Source: Lytechinus pictus (Eukaryota). Taken from it: DNA of 60,000 nt. The notes under the pieces are model-generated. The model was not told where the DNA came from and made no database searches. It saw only the letters and a list, made by a program, of their open reading frames with translations. The position numbers were made by a program, and so were the translations under genes. This document shows, one piece after another, positions 1 through 14,962 of this stretch (positions within the stretch are counted from its first letter, which is position 1; every line of letters begins with the position of its first letter). The stretch covers positions 13,270,001-13,330,000 of the forward strand of contig NC_087263.1 in assembly GCF_037042905.1 (NCBI RefSeq), in the 5' to 3' direction.

Positions 1-10
1 GAAAAAAAAA

Positions 11-457
11 TCAGGGTGCTACATAAGCACTTGCCCGGGGCAAGTAAAAGTTAGAGTCGGGAAAGTGTTTTGAAGTAAAGACCAAAACTACTTGCCCGAT
101 CTGGACAAGCGAAATTCTCACAGTAGAATGACCAAAATTAGGGTCGATATGATATGATATTGACCCTAATTTTGGTCACTTTGGAAAAAGTAATGCAATA
201 ACGTAGATCAGTTCATGTCAAAAGAGAAAAAAGGTCAATGGTTTATAAAACCGCAAAACTTTCTTTTGAAGAGGTAAAACTTTTTTTTTCAAAGATTTTT
301 TTGGGCAAGTGAAATATTTTTTGGGGCAAGTATATTCCAAATATTAAAAAAAAATTTGGGCAAGTGAAATATATTTTTGGGCTAGTATATTCCAAATATT
401 AAAAAATTTACTTGCCCGACTGGGCAAGTGCTTCTAGAAAGTTATGTAGCACCCTGA
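11..457. mobile_element. Non-autonomous DNA transposon (MITE), CAGGG termini (hAT-like)
   Basis: TIR TCAGGGTGCTACATAA (11-26) / TTATGTAGCACCCTGA (442-457); internal CTTGCCC/GGGCAAG motifs repeated in both orientations; no clean TSD. Confidence 0.75.
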
Positions 458-1499
458 AATTGTTAAATGGCTATTATTTTTAGCCTCCTAATAACAGTAG
501 TTATTTGGCAAATAACTGGAGCCAATTCTAATAACACTTCCAGCCCTACATAACCCTCAGTGCCCTGACATTTTTTTTTCACTGGTAGGGGCTAGGGATA
601 AGAAATGAGAGGTCAACAGGGATAAACAGGGAAAATAATCTTTTTTGGGGGAGACTATTTTAGCTCACCAGACACTGTCAGACAGAATTTGTTACATTGT
701 ATTTCAATTAACATTGGACCCTTAGCAATTTCATGAGCTCTTTTTTTCAGTTTCCCTAAGGCTTTTGTTTTGGGGTATTTCAAGGGGAATTTGCCAGAGC
801 CCCATGCAATTTTGTTTTTCCTGGGGGCAATGATGCCAATTTAAACCTGAAATAAAATGTTTTGTACAAATAGGTTAAAATTCCGAAGTTTGCCCTGAAA
901 ATCGGTTGCCTGTGCCCATAAAAGCTCTTTTTTCCAGAGTTTATCCATCTTTTTTTTAAAGATCTCACCACCATACACCATGACGCCTATTAAACATAAA
1001 ACAAGGTCCACTTTGAAAGTTAAAAGGTTTAGGATTCCAAAAATAGAAAGTAGGGTAGCCCTGAATGAAGGCCAAAACTAAAGTTAAGGAGAAATGAATC
1101 ATATTACTTCAATGGCTTCCAAACCTGTCAGCTTTTGCTTCAAATCTTAGGGATTTCTCCCAAATACATTGTGCTTTCCATCAGAATTAAGAGATATCAG
1201 ACAGTCTTAATTCTGCCAAAGTGAAGGGATTCCAACAGCTAAGATTGAGGAGCAATGGCGAGGAACGACCCCATTCAGGAGACCGTGATGGGGCATCAAA
1301 TATAATAGAAGAGGAATTGGCATTTCCTTAATCCATGGATAAGGAAATTGTTGATAAACGAGTCATTCAATAAAAATAGAATTGGTAGATTAAATCAATT
1401 TGGCTGCGAAAGATGCCATCCACCCCCCCCCCCCCCACGGCAATAGAGTGTATCATATTCAAATCTAAAAATAGAGATCAAACATAAAAGTGATCACAA

Positions 1500-2045
1500 T
1501 TGAGGCATAATAATCTGTTTATAAATAAAATTGGAAGACAAAATATATAAAAGGAAAGGCTTAACTCATCAACAGGTTGATTGTATATCATTGTATTTAT
1601 GTTATGCAAAGCAAAGCTGATTTGAAGACAAAAAGAGTTGCTTTTTTAAGAAAGTGATTGGCATTGAGACATACTAATCTATTAATAAAAATGGGATATA
1701 AAAAAGGAATGGATTAATTCATAAATTAGGTGAATATAAATCATTGTATTTATTATAGATGCAAAGCATATTCCAAGATAAGAAGAAAGTGATTAGCATT
1801 GAGGTGTGTTAATCTGTCTATAAATAAAATGGAATTATAAAAATAGATAAGGAAAGGATTAACTCATCAATCGGTTGATTGGAAATCAATTTAATTCATG
1901 CAAAGCAAAGAAGATTTGAAGACAGATTTTTTTTTACAAATAGATCAGCAATGATGCATATTAATCTGTCTATAAATAAAATGGGAAGATAAAAAATAGA
2001 AAAAGGGAAAGGATTAATTCATCACTCGGTTGACTGGAAATCATT
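1500..2045 (+). repeat. Degenerate tandem repeat, about 4 units of ~150 bp
   Basis: Recurring TAATCTGTYTATAAATAAAAT...AAAGGATTAAYTCATCA...GGTTGA at ~1510, ~1675, ~1810 and ~1960. Confidence 0.7.
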
Positions 2046-4947
2046 TTATATATTCACTATGAAACAGATTAAATGTCTGGGGGAGTATATTGAACCCCTG
2101 GCTCAATACACCATACTCTAGTTTAAAACTAAATCAACATCTAATTTTAAACAACAAATATAAAAAAGACAGTCAATATTATTTTCAACTTACTTTAAGA
2201 AAAATATTAACTCAATTGAAAGAACAATAGACATGTAAACTTCTCCATCCTTGTATACATGTGGTTGAACTACAATCACCGAAACATACCTGCATTATTT
2301 ATCTTTCCTATTCATTGATTTCTTTTATTTTATTTTTTTGAGGGGGGGGGCTTTCTCTTAATTTTTTTTTTCACTTTCACTTCTGATTTTTTTCACCTTT
2401 AATCTTTTTTCCCACTTCAACCCTCATTCCTCAGAGAGAAAAAAAATAAGAAAATGGGGGGGGGATCAAATCAAAGCTGGTGAAATAGGAGGATATGTAG
2501 GAACAGATTTGTGCCACTAGGAACAAGAAGCTTATCCTATCCTAAGCTAAAAATCCAGAATTAAAAAATCATAGTGCCCTGAGTCACTCAAACAGACAAT
2601 GTGTAAAAGTAGTGTGGGAAGATGAAACAATAATTGTGAGCTTTAGATTAGTTTCGATTTGAGAAGAAAAGTTTGGTAAAAAGATCCATAGCTTCGCAGA
2701 TACCGTCATATCTGTGAACATTTGTGAAGTAGTCCCAGTCAAATATTTTTCTGTCCAGCTTGTGCAACTCTGAGAAGACTGTTAGTCAAATCCATTATCT
2801 TCTACTGATTCCCAAATCTTACACCATATTACTAGTACGCTAATTATCAAAAATTGTCAAAATATTTTCATATCATGTATACACGACCAGGCACTCAAAA
2901 CCAACAATACCTCACAAGGGAAGGGGTTCTCTGTACAAAGCTAAAATAGTAATTTGGTCTCCAAGAAACAAACAAAAAAAACCCAGCTACCTTGAACTTC
3001 AAATCTTGTTTCTTGAGTATTTTTTTAAGGCCTCATTGAATTTCCTTTGCATTCAATAAGGTACCTGCGAGGGATATTTTTATCAAATTTGACAAGCTAT
3101 ATATCATTTTAAAGCTCAGGAAATGCTTTTTTTGTACTCGATAAAAAACTACAATATTCATTTTGGATGACTTATTATTTGTAAACTTTCTTCAATAATG
3201 CAAACACCTGACCAAAACTCAACCGTATTAAAACCTACAGAACTCAGACTTGTTGTCAAAAATGATTAGCTAAACCCATTAGAATCCATTTTGGAATACC
3301 AGACTATGTCATGTACAGAGTACTTTCGGGAGTGACATTGCCTTGATGTTCTGGTAAAAAGTACAGATGAACCCAAATGCGACCAAAGAATAACAACATT
3401 TAAAATGAGGTTTCTGACAGGGTTGAATGAACTATTCAAGTTCACTGACCTTTGTTAATCAAAACAAGTTTGTGAAAACCAGTAACAGAATACTTCAAAA
3501 TCAGTTAGTTATATGACAACAATCAGGCCCGTCAAAGGTTTGCTTTCTTATAAATAATTTGGTAGAGATTGCACATACATGTTTTTAAGATATTCTATAA
3601 AACTACTAAGGAAAAAGGTTTTCAACGTCAATTTTGAACTGTAGTAATAAAATTTATCAGGTTTATAACAAAACAAAATAATCATGGTTTACGTTTAATG
3701 GTCATCATAGGAAATGAACAGACATTTTGTAGAGGTAATTTCTATATTAAGCATTCTGTTATTGGATAGAATAGATGAAAATGTAGGCCTACAACAAAAC
3801 ATTGTATTAATTCATTTTATTTTGAATATAGAAAATCACATTTTGACAACTTATTTGGAAAAAAACAGTTTATTTATGATCAGAAGAAATTCCTGTCTGG
3901 ACCTGTTACAAACATTTCAAACATACCTTAGTGAAAATAAACACCCCTGGGGCTATTTTTTGTAAATACCAAACAAATAAATATCCATCATTCACAAAAA
4001 TGCACAAATAACACAAACCTAATTCAACAAATCTGATGATTAATCGTTGTATTTACTTTAGGAAATTGAAACAATAATTGATGAGGATTAACCATGGAAA
4101 AAGTGAATTATGGAATGGAATGCTACCCACCTCCACATGTTATAATGATGCGTGAAGGAAAAAAAATCAAACTCCAAGCCAAAAGTTTGAACTTTTAGAA
4201 CAAACTTCACAGCAGGTAAATACAATTTGCTGCATATTTGGTGGATGGAGTCATAATAACTTAATGACAGCAAAAAAATGAAAAAAACAATACAGCCCCG
4301 TTTAACTCAAGTAAACACTATCGTTTAATTTGGCTTCTGATATTTCAGGATTCTGTGGAAAATTGATTTTAACAGTTAAAAGAAAGCTAACAACAGGGCC
4401 ACATTGCATGAAAATTACTATTATGGTTTACTTTCTTATATCTGCTTGTTATTGCCGTGGTAACACCAGTCACTAGCCAATCAAAATCAAGGATTTCATG
4501 GAAGTTGCCAATTGGCTTGTAATTTTACCACAAGAATGCGAATAGGTACCTTGTTCATTAATTTTTTTTTTCATTTTCTTTTTACTTTTAGTTTATTCAT
4601 TTATCTAATGGGAAACGTTGCAGGATTTTTCAGAGTATGTTGTGGTGCTGGTATCAATAATTGAATATTTTCACATTTGGTGTCTTCTCTCTTCAATGTG
4701 GTTTGTTTTGTTTTTCTTGTTTGTAACAAAAATATGCAGAGTTGCACCCTGTCCTGTTTAGATACTAAAATAATTCATCATCATTTTATACAACCACACC
4801 TCTTGATATTTAAATAACAAAGAACCGTTTCCGCACCCTATTTATCAAGCAAAAAACAAGTATTCAACATAAAAACTGAGGAAAAGCAAAGTGAACTCAT
4901 GTCAATGTTAATTCAAAATATGGAATGGGTTATCAATAAGTGATTAA

Positions 4948-5111
4948 TACCTCAGACTCAGTCACATTTGCTCTATGGCGGCCGTACGGCGAGTCGAAAA
5001 CAGCTGTTTTCTTCATTTTTTCATTCACCTATATGTAGCTTTAACAAAAATGTTAAAACGGCAGTTTTAGACTTGCCGAAAGGCTTCCATAGAACAAATG
5101 TGACTGAGGTA
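4948..5111. mobile_element. Short MITE, probably PIF/Harbinger-type
   Basis: CTCAGTCACATTTGCTCTATGG / CCATAGAACAAATGTGACTGAGGTA inverted ends, flanked by TAA/TTA. Confidence 0.65.
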
Positions 5112-5537
5112 TTAAGTGTAGAAAAAAACATTTTGTAAACAGTAATAACTGCCTTCATTGCATAGGACCCCCCCCCCCCCTTTCCCATACTGAAAAAAGG
5201 GAAAACAGGACAGGGCCATTTGGCTGAGGATCCTTTAGCTTTGACCTTACTCCAATTCCACCACCTCAATTCAATGCCAAATCACTTTACTTTTCAAGGC
5301 TTTGCCAATCTTTTTTTTCTGTTAAATACCTGTTATTTCAATTAAATCATGATCCCAATAGCAAAGAAGTTTGCGGTAAATTGCAAATATGAAAGAACAA
5401 TTCTGATTGGCTCCTGGCCTGTGCTTTGGCAAAATGTGCATTCAACAATGTCCTTGATTGGCCATTTTTATTTACGATTGATAGCAAACCTCTTGTGTAC
5501 TAGAGCCCACAGAGCATTTCATTTTTCATTTATTACA

Positions 5538-5830
5538 GGTGCATGTGGTTTAGTGGTTCTGACTCTCGCCTTTCAAACAGAGGGTCGCGGGTTCGAATCC
5601 TAGCCATGGCGTGTTTTCCTTCAGCAAGAAATTTATCCATACCGTGCTGCACTCGACCCAGGTGAGGTGAATGGGTATCCGGTAGGAAGAAATCCCTTGA
5701 ATGCTCGAGTGCCCAATCAAGGTAGCCGTGCTAAAGCCGGGGTAATAATAACATCATGTTAAGCCCGCTGGTAGAACAGTTTTCAGAACTGAAGTGGCTA
5801 CCCTGGGTAAAATATGGCATTATTATTATT
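5538..5830 (+). mobile_element. tRNA-derived SINE
   Basis: A box TGGTTTAGTGG (~5545), B box GGTTCGAATCC (5590-5600), body motif CTCGACCCAGGTG...AATGGGTA, (ATT)n tail; TTATTACA on both flanks (possible TSD). Confidence 0.85.
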
Positions 5831-5871
5831 ACAAGGGATTATCTAACCTAGCTGTCAATGGTCAAAGAGAG

Positions 5872-6260
5872 TTAAAGACAAATACCAGTTGTGACAACGA
5901 TCTCAAAATGAGTTCGAACAGAATCCAATAAAATTACCATCCCAAGTGTTTGTATGTATGAATAAAAAATATGTGCCAAGTGGCTCTTGAAGAAAATGTG
6001 TAATTGCTGAGAAAATGAGCAAATTAGGCACGGAATTCCATCAAATGTCGGTATTTTTCCAAGCAATATTAATACACTGTCCCACATATGCTTTCCTGTG
6101 TTAGTGATCATCAGAATTATAGGTTTTTGGCTAAAATTTGACGATTTAACAAAGATAAGTTTACATATGTACCAGATCTAGCTATGGTGACAATTAATCT
6201 TGATTTTAAAGACTTTCTCCTGAAATGATTGTTTGCTGCAACAACTATCTTTTCCCTTGA
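5872..6260. mobile_element. Diverged copy of the TTAA-flanked MITE at 19652-20029
   Basis: Shares AACGATCTCAAAATGA, TGTATGAATAAAAAATATGTG, TAATTGCTGAGAAA, ACACTGTCCCACAT and GTACCAGATCTAG with the 19.6-kb copy. Confidence 0.7.
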
Positions 6261-9200
6261 ACAATAAAAGATACATTGTGAAAATTGCAAAATCATCTAA
6301 AATTCCATTAAAAAAATCATAATGATCTAGATGATGCTCAAATATAATAGATCTACCGGTCCCACGTATACAGGTCCAAGCATGCAAGTCAAGGAATTAA
6401 ACTACAAACACTGCCAATATTATTGACAAGATTATTCATGCAGTCATCCGCTAAATTCAGTTTGTTTTGCACTTTGAAGTGCGCACCTGAACGATCACAG
6501 TGTAGGCACTACCTGTCTGTCTGATAACCCTGGATGGTATATTACATCATATCTATAAATATCTCAATGATGTCATAATAGGAAGGTTTATTACCACACC
6601 GTGTCTATGGTGTCTGGCTGATCAATGTTTACCTCTTGTGATAAAATGCATGTGTTGGTAATTGGTGTTTATATTTCTATTGCGTCTGGGTTTATTTCCA
6701 GCTTAGATAATAATCATGGTCAGTTTTCTACTGATGATGTCATCTTTGACCATAGCTTCTTTTTCCCCCCCGAGGTAGGGCCAATACAAAATGGTGGTAT
6801 TACTAGCATGGATTATCACCATAATTATTTTTACACACAATACAGTGAAACTCGTCTGTAAGGACCACTGAAGAGGGACAAAAAAGAGACTCGTCTTAAA
6901 ATCCAATATTTTGTGACCATCTGTTGGGAAAAGCATTAGTACTGGATTCCGATCGATCGCACCGGACAGATTCCAGAATGACCATTTATTCTCAGGTTTA
7001 TATGTACCATGAGTCATTATTCTTTTTTAATAGAAATACATTTGGCTTTGTGGTCCTTCCTACAAAACAATAACAATAATATGTGTTCCCTGTACTATCA
7101 GGCCCTGTAAGCCCTTATACTCATTATACATATAGAAAATGATTTACAGCTGATTTTTTTTACTAAACTTTCCACCTTTTCAATAAACTAGTAAACGACT
7201 ATGACTTCAATTAAACTGATATGGGTATCGAGATATTACAAGGCCAAAGTCTATGTTTATGGCACGTTAGCAAAGCACTGACCTTGTCTAATCTCATACA
7301 ATATTGTCAACATCATGATTCATTTATAATATTTCCATTTAAAAGACAAACATCTTCATGAGTGGCAGGTACAAAAGTTCACAACTATATCTAAGCCTCT
7401 CACCCCCCCCCCCCACACACACACCCCCCCCCCCCCCCAATGTCATAGAACTGTCTCTATTGTCACAGAAAGGTGATCTCAACAAGTTCTGTTCACAGAA
7501 ATTCCCAAGTTATTGTCTCAATTTGAGGGGAAATGTCTTACTTTTGGGGAGCAACAGATATTCCTCCGTCATTCATCATCACAGTGGGAAAACCTAAACT
7601 TCATACCAACACAGAACTAGAATGACCTCACAATAACTCTATGTGAGGTCAAAGGTCGTAAGGGTCACAGCATGCACTTTCAGGTTGGGAAAGTCCAGCA
7701 TCAAGTGCACATCAGGTCATTCACTACCTTGAGAGGTAATAAAACACAAATGAGTTTAGTCTGCATCTTACAGACCCCTTCTGATTATAATGGTGAATCA
7801 ACAGCATTTTTTTTTCATTTCTTTCTTTTTTTGCTCTTGTCTTTGAAGGCTACAAGAAGGATGAATAAAACACTATTCTCATTTGTTACAAATGGGGGAA
7901 AAATGTTTATTTTCCATCTTCTTGTTTTCTTGTATTTCTCCTTCTTTCAAAAATTGAATTGCAATTAAAAAACAAGATTGTAAGCTTAATCATTAATAAT
8001 AGTTTTATTAAAATGAAAAATAAAGTGAGATTCAGTTCAATTAATATTTCTGTAAATTATGCGCTGAGAAAATTTCATAAAAGTAGGGCTACATTCCAAG
8101 TGAAATGAGTCAGGCCTACTATTCAGTAATAAAAGAGCAGCTGTTTTATCCATGCCACAGATATAAATGATGAAGAGACTTGCAATTATCTCTCCAATGT
8201 AATGACCTATTAAAACCTACATCTATCTTGACGTCCTTCATAAGTTGGTCAGTCCTTTCATAAAGCACCTTTCATTGGTCACTTTTCTTTTCATGATTTT
8301 TTCCTCCCATCTGGCCCAGCTTTGACCAAGCATTGACCATGCCCTATTTTGTGGTCAAGCTGTGTAGCCTTTCTAATCAGACACTTTCATACATATATAT
8401 ATATATAGGCATGTATGTTGGCTCAATGACTTGCTGCCAATGAATTAGCTTGTTTATCAATTATCAGTCTGACAAGGAAATGTTCAATTTCACTGTGGTA
8501 AAATTTGCGTATAGCTTTGTATTATGTAACACACCAAAATTACTAGCAACGCCAGGATGTCCAGTACATGTATATAAAGTTTTAAAATGAGGTCCCAGCA
8601 GGCAAAAAAATATTTTACTTATTTTTCAGGGACTACTTTTCACCACGTACCCTATTAATCTGCAGCATTGTATAAGCTTTAACACTGCAATGAATTGGGA
8701 TTTCTAGGAATCCTTTGAGCATTTTGGAGGCTAAATCAACCCAAGCCCCCCATTATTTTTTTTCCTGGGTCCTCTGGAACTATCCATGATTCCTTTTTTT
8801 TACAAGCAGTAAAGAGATCCTGAGTGTAATATAGGGTAGGACCCTATTTGTTAAATTATACATGCCACCCCCCCCCCTCCAAACCCTCATCTTTTTACAA
8901 TGTAGACCCATACAGATAACCAAAATGAACCACTCATCAATTTTAGGGCTATTGCTTTTGGGATAAGATATTGAAACAATTTTATGGCCTCCCACTCACT
9001 GACCACCCCCCCCCCCCTCACAAAATACAATGTAGACCCATTAGATGAACATACATTAAAAGAACAACCGGTCATTTTTAAATAATACTTATATTATAAT
9101 ATTCCAGATCTTCCATCACACAGATGAAAATCGAGAAATAATGACCTCTTTCTGACCTTCCTTTTAATTACATCCTTTCCTGACAGATTTGATGATGCAA

Positions 9201-10859
9201 GTAATGAGGTCAGTTTATGGTGGACAAGAGGGGTCTTTGTCAAAGACTAATCTAGGGACTCCTTGGCCTGTGTAATGTGTTGATGTAGGGCCGATGACTC
9301 ATACATGGACTATGGCCAGGGAAACTATCCCAGCTTGTAATCAGCTCAGGCTGCCCACTGGGCTAGTCTTATTCCACAGACCACTTTCTACATCCAGAGG
9401 GCATATATGGGCATACGTGTTTAGGCCATTACTACTGCATTCTGGAGACTTGTTTGATTTTTTTTTATTCCAATCTTTTAGTTGTTTATATTTACCATGA
9501 GTGTCAGAGAGATTCTGTTAATTAGGCCTATGGTATACATGTATATTTGTAACTTTACACCTGTATATTTTAATTTAACGTTTTATATGAATATTGAATT
9601 TGTGTATTGTATTTGAATATTTACTTAAAATGTTTACTTCATATTTTTGTTATGATTCTATTTGTAAACAATCACATATTTCAGGCTTTAGACTGCTTGA
9701 GATTGTATTTTGATAGTTTTATTGCAATAAAATGCAATTATATATACTCCATCTTTTCCAGTCATGTTATTAATATGTTTTGCTACCATTTATTTTGCCT
9801 ATACCATAGGCCTATATTGTTTGTCATACTCCAAAAGGGTTTGATAGAATAAAGATGAATAGGGTTTGATAGAATAAAGATGAATAATATAAATTTTTCC
9901 CATTTTTTCGGTGTGCATATTCAAATAAATGAAAATCCTTTTCTTAAATGGCTGAAAAGCAGATGAGAACAAATAATGCTACGGTAAAAGTCTGAAAGAA
10001 ATTAAAAAGTCAAGTCTGAAATGTCATTAGGCCAAAATGGCTCCTAAAATATTTTAGTTTTAATACACCCAAACAGGCAGGATCTGGTTGAAATATTCCA
10101 GAACTTACTTTATGATGATCCACATAACAATTCACCTCTCTCAAAATTAATGCCCATTATGACTTTTAAACTTGGGCTTTGAAATTCATTTTGCAACGTA
10201 CAGGATATATTGGAGAGCTGATAAGCTTTTCATGTCTTCACAAATTCAGTTTATTTCTGGCTGACCTTATAGACAATCAAGATCTTTTTGGCAATGGATG
10301 ATGTATCTTATCTTCATCCGCTTCTGAAGAAGGAATCAGTTTGGCAACGATTCTTAAAAGAGAGATAAATAAGTTTGCTTTCAGGTGTGGTCAAATTACC
10401 CTTTAAAGGGCAAGTGAACACCCCCCCCCCCCAAGTGGATTTTTGATTAGATGGAAAGAGCATATGAGAAAAAAAATGAAAATGTCATCAAATTCAAGCA
10501 AGTACTGGCACTTAGATATTTCACAAACCACTTAGGCCCACAACAACAGTGATGCATGTATGCATATTAGAGAGTCAATGGTGTCACTCACGACGTCTTT
10601 TATATCAATACGGAATATAGAATATTTCATTTTTTGCAGGTTTGACAATGAGGAAGCGTCTTCATTATTAAAATGGGTCTAGATTTGTAGACTATGGAAT
10701 TGGCCTCTGGCCAGACAAGATTGCAATGCATGGAGCAATGGGTAGGCTCTTGGTAATTGGTTCTGCCCTGGGTATAATAGGTCCCAAAGTCATCACCAGG
10801 ATCCTGATTTAATCCATTGCTTCCTATGGCATACCTCAACAATACTTGAGTGTTATTCA

Positions 10860-11060
10860 GATTTAAAGTTCTTTCTGAAGAACGGTGGAGGAGTGTGAAT
10901 ACGGGTGAGAAGTTTTTACCTCAAATCTTTAAATGTTTCAACACACTTGCTATCCCGGATCTCTTGTGGGAGGGAATTCCACAGCGAGAGACCCACATAG
11001 GTGAATGCCCTCCCCCCCCCCCCCCCACTTTGTTTTACATTCGACAGACAGACCTCAACA
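10860..11060 (-). mobile_element. L2/CR1-group LINE ORF2 C-terminal remnant
   Basis: Minus-strand translation RAFTYVGLSLWNSLPQEIRDSKCVETFK matches the W-N-S-L-P...F-K motif typical of the end of L2/CR1 ORF2. Confidence 0.6.
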
Positions 11061-11270
11061 ATATACTTTGTGTTGTTCAAAGAAGTTGGAGAGAGGGAGA
11101 GAGGGAATGAGGGCCGGGGGGGGGGGGTGGCATAGCACAAGAAGGGGAAGTTCCCAAACAAGGGGGCAATAAATAATGTGAGGGAAAGTGAGAGAAAAAT
11201 CTACAAAAGGCCAGTTCAGAGAATAACAGATTTCGGCAAAACAGCAAAACAGAAACTCGCCCTGTCTTTA

Positions 11271-11743
11271 GGTGGTTTCAGACCGCCTCGAAGTTCGTCA
11301 GTTCCAGGTATTCTCTGATCGGGAAATTTACCCCGATCAGAAAATACCAGGTATTTTGGTAATGTGAAAGCAAACTACGCGTAATTTCCCCGAAAGAAAA
11401 TACCCGCTAAATAGTAGGTACTTGGCGAAATTACGAGAACTTTCGCGGGGATTTTTCCAAGGTCGCAGGTATTTTGGCGATGTAAAAGCAAATTACGGGA
11501 ACTTTTAGCCCAGTGTGTCGTTGGGTGCGGCGCCGTGGGTGGCTGCTGGGCTAGTAGTTTTGAATCTCGCGCCTTGCCTGCTTATTAGACCATACTGCGC
11601 ATGCTCCTAACTTCAGGAATTTATCCCGAAGTGTATGTTTCGGGGCGGTCTGAATGCAGGAATAATTAATGGGTATTTTTTAGCTTAAAAATGTTCTCGT
11701 AATTTAACAGGGATTCTTGTGATCGAGGCGGTTTGAAACCACC
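11271..11743. mobile_element. MITE with 21-bp TIRs
   Basis: GGTGGTTTCAGACCGCCTCGA / TCGAGGCGGTTTGAAACCACC; TA on both flanks; CpG-rich relative to surroundings. Confidence 0.85.
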
Positions 11744-13254
11744 TATTGTTGAAGCATAGATCCCACTACAGTAGCAGGATCGATGGTTGAAAGCAGTGAG
11801 GTGACCCCGCCCCCCCCCCCTCTAGTCGAAGAGAGATGGAGTTTTGGGGGGGGCCATCTCCCCAAAAAGGTAGGAGGGGTACCTTACCATGTGGAGTAGA
11901 GAATGGGGAAAGACTGGAAGCATAACATATAGGCCTACATATATGTACTCAAAATGGTTTTAAAATCTATATGTAAAGGGCACTGGGAATGTATCACTTG
12001 CAAAATAAAATTAAAACAGCATCACAACAGCCCATGCAACCATGTACATTCTCCACTACCTGCATGCAGAATAATTGCCTATACCTCCACGACATGCGCA
12101 CAATAGAATGATGGATGAGTTCGACTCGCAACGCGGGTACTTGAGAATCAAATAAATAATTTCACCTCTCCTAACTAACATGAACACTGTTTGCCAGGAC
12201 AAACAACTACAGTATACTACATTGATGAACACCGTAAACAAAACAACAACAGACTTTCCCTGTGTCGCTCGGTCCCACGGATCGTAAACATCCTAATTTC
12301 TGCAGGATTCGCAAAAACTCAATGGAAAAGCCAGAGACATTAGGAGTGGAGGATGAGTGATGGGGTCATAGAGGGAATGAAAGTACTATCATGGAATCCT
12401 CATTTTTATTTTTCTCACACTTTGCACTCAGTGTAGTATAAACCAATAAGAAAGCCTACAGTAAATAAATCTGCAATACCAAGGTGTTAACACTACACTA
12501 GTACGTGTTAGATTTAGATTTCAAACCATGTGGATTAAATATAAAGCTAAAAGATTTGAATTTAAATCTTGTAAGATTTAAAAGTCAATCCTTCAGATTC
12601 CAACATTCAGCTGGTCACTATTCGCAGAAACTCTGGATTTAGCTTTAATCCTTGAAATTTAGAGTGTAAAGATATTGAACTTTTCATATAGAAGGAGGAA
12701 AAATGGCAAGTAACAATATCTTAAATGAACTTCATACTCCTTAATGACTCATACTTATATTTCTTAGAATAAAGTCAGTTTTCGAAAGTACTGCCAATAT
12801 TCCTTTAGCTTTGCTGCAAGAGCCAAAGACGCCATGACTTGTTTTCATATTACTAAGCGCTTCAATTAGGAAAGCAGACCTCCTTGCCAAGAAAAATAAT
12901 CACAACAAACTGAGCCGTTTACACTGAAATTAAATCATTTTAGATGCCTTTTATTTTGTTAATATATTCTTTTAGTTTTAATTTGCCATCTTCACAACTG
13001 CATAAATATCAGAAACCATCTGGTATGCTATAATTTTTCTTATGATTTCTTCATTTTTGTAATTATTAGTTTTTGTGTATGGGGGTCAAAACTTCTAAAT
13101 TGATGCTAGTTTTAAACTGCAAAACAAATTTCTGTTTAAAGGTCTTCAATATTGATAATTATTCTACCATACAACCTTTTCCAAAGTATGAATCTCTGCA
13201 TTAATTATTTAGAGTACTAGTATTAAAGACTATATCTGGGTCGAATAATACATA

Positions 13255-13827
13255 AGTGATTTTACAAACTGGCTCAAACCTCATCTTGTCTCCAAAACAT
13301 GATTTCAAGATAATCACGTTCAAAGTTTGGATGTTATTCAGACGCTCATAACTTCGCGCTGTGAAAGAAACCGGATCAATTATTTATTCCAATTTAAAGC
13401 ATACATTATATTCTTTTATAATATACAAAATTTTGTCAGCCACTCATATTCATTCTTTCAATATTTGAAATGAAGCACATGTATGCATTTTAGAAGCTGC
13501 TATGCTAATTTTGACAAAAACAGGGGGTTTCAGTTAGTTCGTAAATTAATTCATGCACAGCGCATGTTTTTTTAGAGGGACGAACCACATATGCGCGCCT
13601 TTCCAGAGACTTTATAGTACACAAAGAATGGTTTAAGCCAGTTCGTAAAATCAAAGTAGGGGGTAGGTTAGCCGGTTCGTAAGAAATTTAATATGATCTT
13701 ATTCTTTAAATATGAATTTTGATATGAAATTTAGCAAATCAATAGAGAATCACAGGCTCTAAGAATATGCAACAAAAATTGAAAATTTGACAAGAAAATT
13801 AGGTTTGAGGCGGTTTGTAAAATCACT
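13255..13827. mobile_element. MITE with ~27-bp imperfect TIRs
   Basis: AGTGATTTTACAAACTGGCTCAAACCT / AGGTTTGAGGCGGTTTGTAAAATCACT; related internal GCCRGTTCGTAA motifs. Confidence 0.7.
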
Positions 13828-14450
13828 GACGAATACAGCCTATTAAAGCACTTAATAGCTCTTTCATGAAATGTGTTATAGCACAAATTTGCGAGAACAG
13901 TTAAAAGTGACAGAGATCATTTGATTTGACTGGCTGATACAAGTAAACTTGTTATAGAAATTATACAATTGTATTTTAAAGGGCCTTATATTTTTCAATG
14001 ATAGATTGTATTGATCAAAGTGCAATCAATCGGAAAGTTTTTGTGTTAATGGGGCTCTCAAAAGTTGGTGGGGTCCTGGATAATAAAAGTCTGTGGGCCA
14101 GAGAAATGTCTTTAGAATGAGTCATCATTCTCTGTTTTGAAACCAGGAAAGCTTCCAGAAGAACAGGAGCCCTTCTGGAGGGCTCCTATTCAGAAGAAGA
14201 CAATGGAAGCATTATGGATGCCTTTGTTTCTTCAAGGACTTTGGTATGGCTTCACTCAACGGCAGTGGGTGATTCTAGGGGGTTTGTGATCCTAGGGTTT
14301 TGGGGATGTTTTCACTGAGCCGTTCTGGGTTTCGCCATCCCCGAGTGGTTTCACTCATCGAACCAAACCTAAATCAAACCAGTTCACATCTCTTTTTTCT
14401 GGATTAAAGTTGTGTTTTTGTTTTTCATTTTTTACCTGCAGAAGACAAAA

Positions 14451-14877
14451 TATGTGACTAGCCACTCCAAAACCAACAATATGTCACAAGGGGGGTAGCT
14501 TATCTGAAGTTTAGCTCATCTGAAAGAGTAGTTCTTCTTCTTCATACTTTCTTAATTTTGAAGTTGTAAAGATAAATAAAAGATACATGAGTTTCTTTGA
14601 CACCATGTTTTTACAGCCTGCATGGAACTTTCACTGAGATTGCAGTGTGAACATCTCATGCTTGAGTGAGCCCTGAACTTCAAACCTTGTTTTCTCCTTT
14701 ACATTTCTTTGCAGCTCTCACTGAATTTCTTCTGCATTCAAACAAGTATTTCTATGGTTATTGCAGCTTATATATAATTTTGAAGCTTAGGATGTGCATG
14801 CTTTTTCAAACTCAATAAAAATCTTGAAATTTGCTTTTGGTGAATTATCAAAGGTGTTGGAGAAGCTGGTCACATAT
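14451..14877. mobile_element. Old MITE with TATGTGAC termini
   Basis: TATGTGACTAGC / GCTGGTCACATA inverted ends; a related degenerate copy starts at ~2880. Confidence 0.55.
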
Positions 14878-14962
14878 ATCCTGTTTTAGGCTATGGATCA
14901 TACTACAGAATATTTAATTACTTGCCAAAATAATTGCAACAGATGAACTTCTCAACTTCACA

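Noticed and set aside
5538..5610. Possible tRNA gene
   Set aside because: A/B boxes are present but there is no proper acceptor stem or T-run terminator; it continues into a SINE body and tail.
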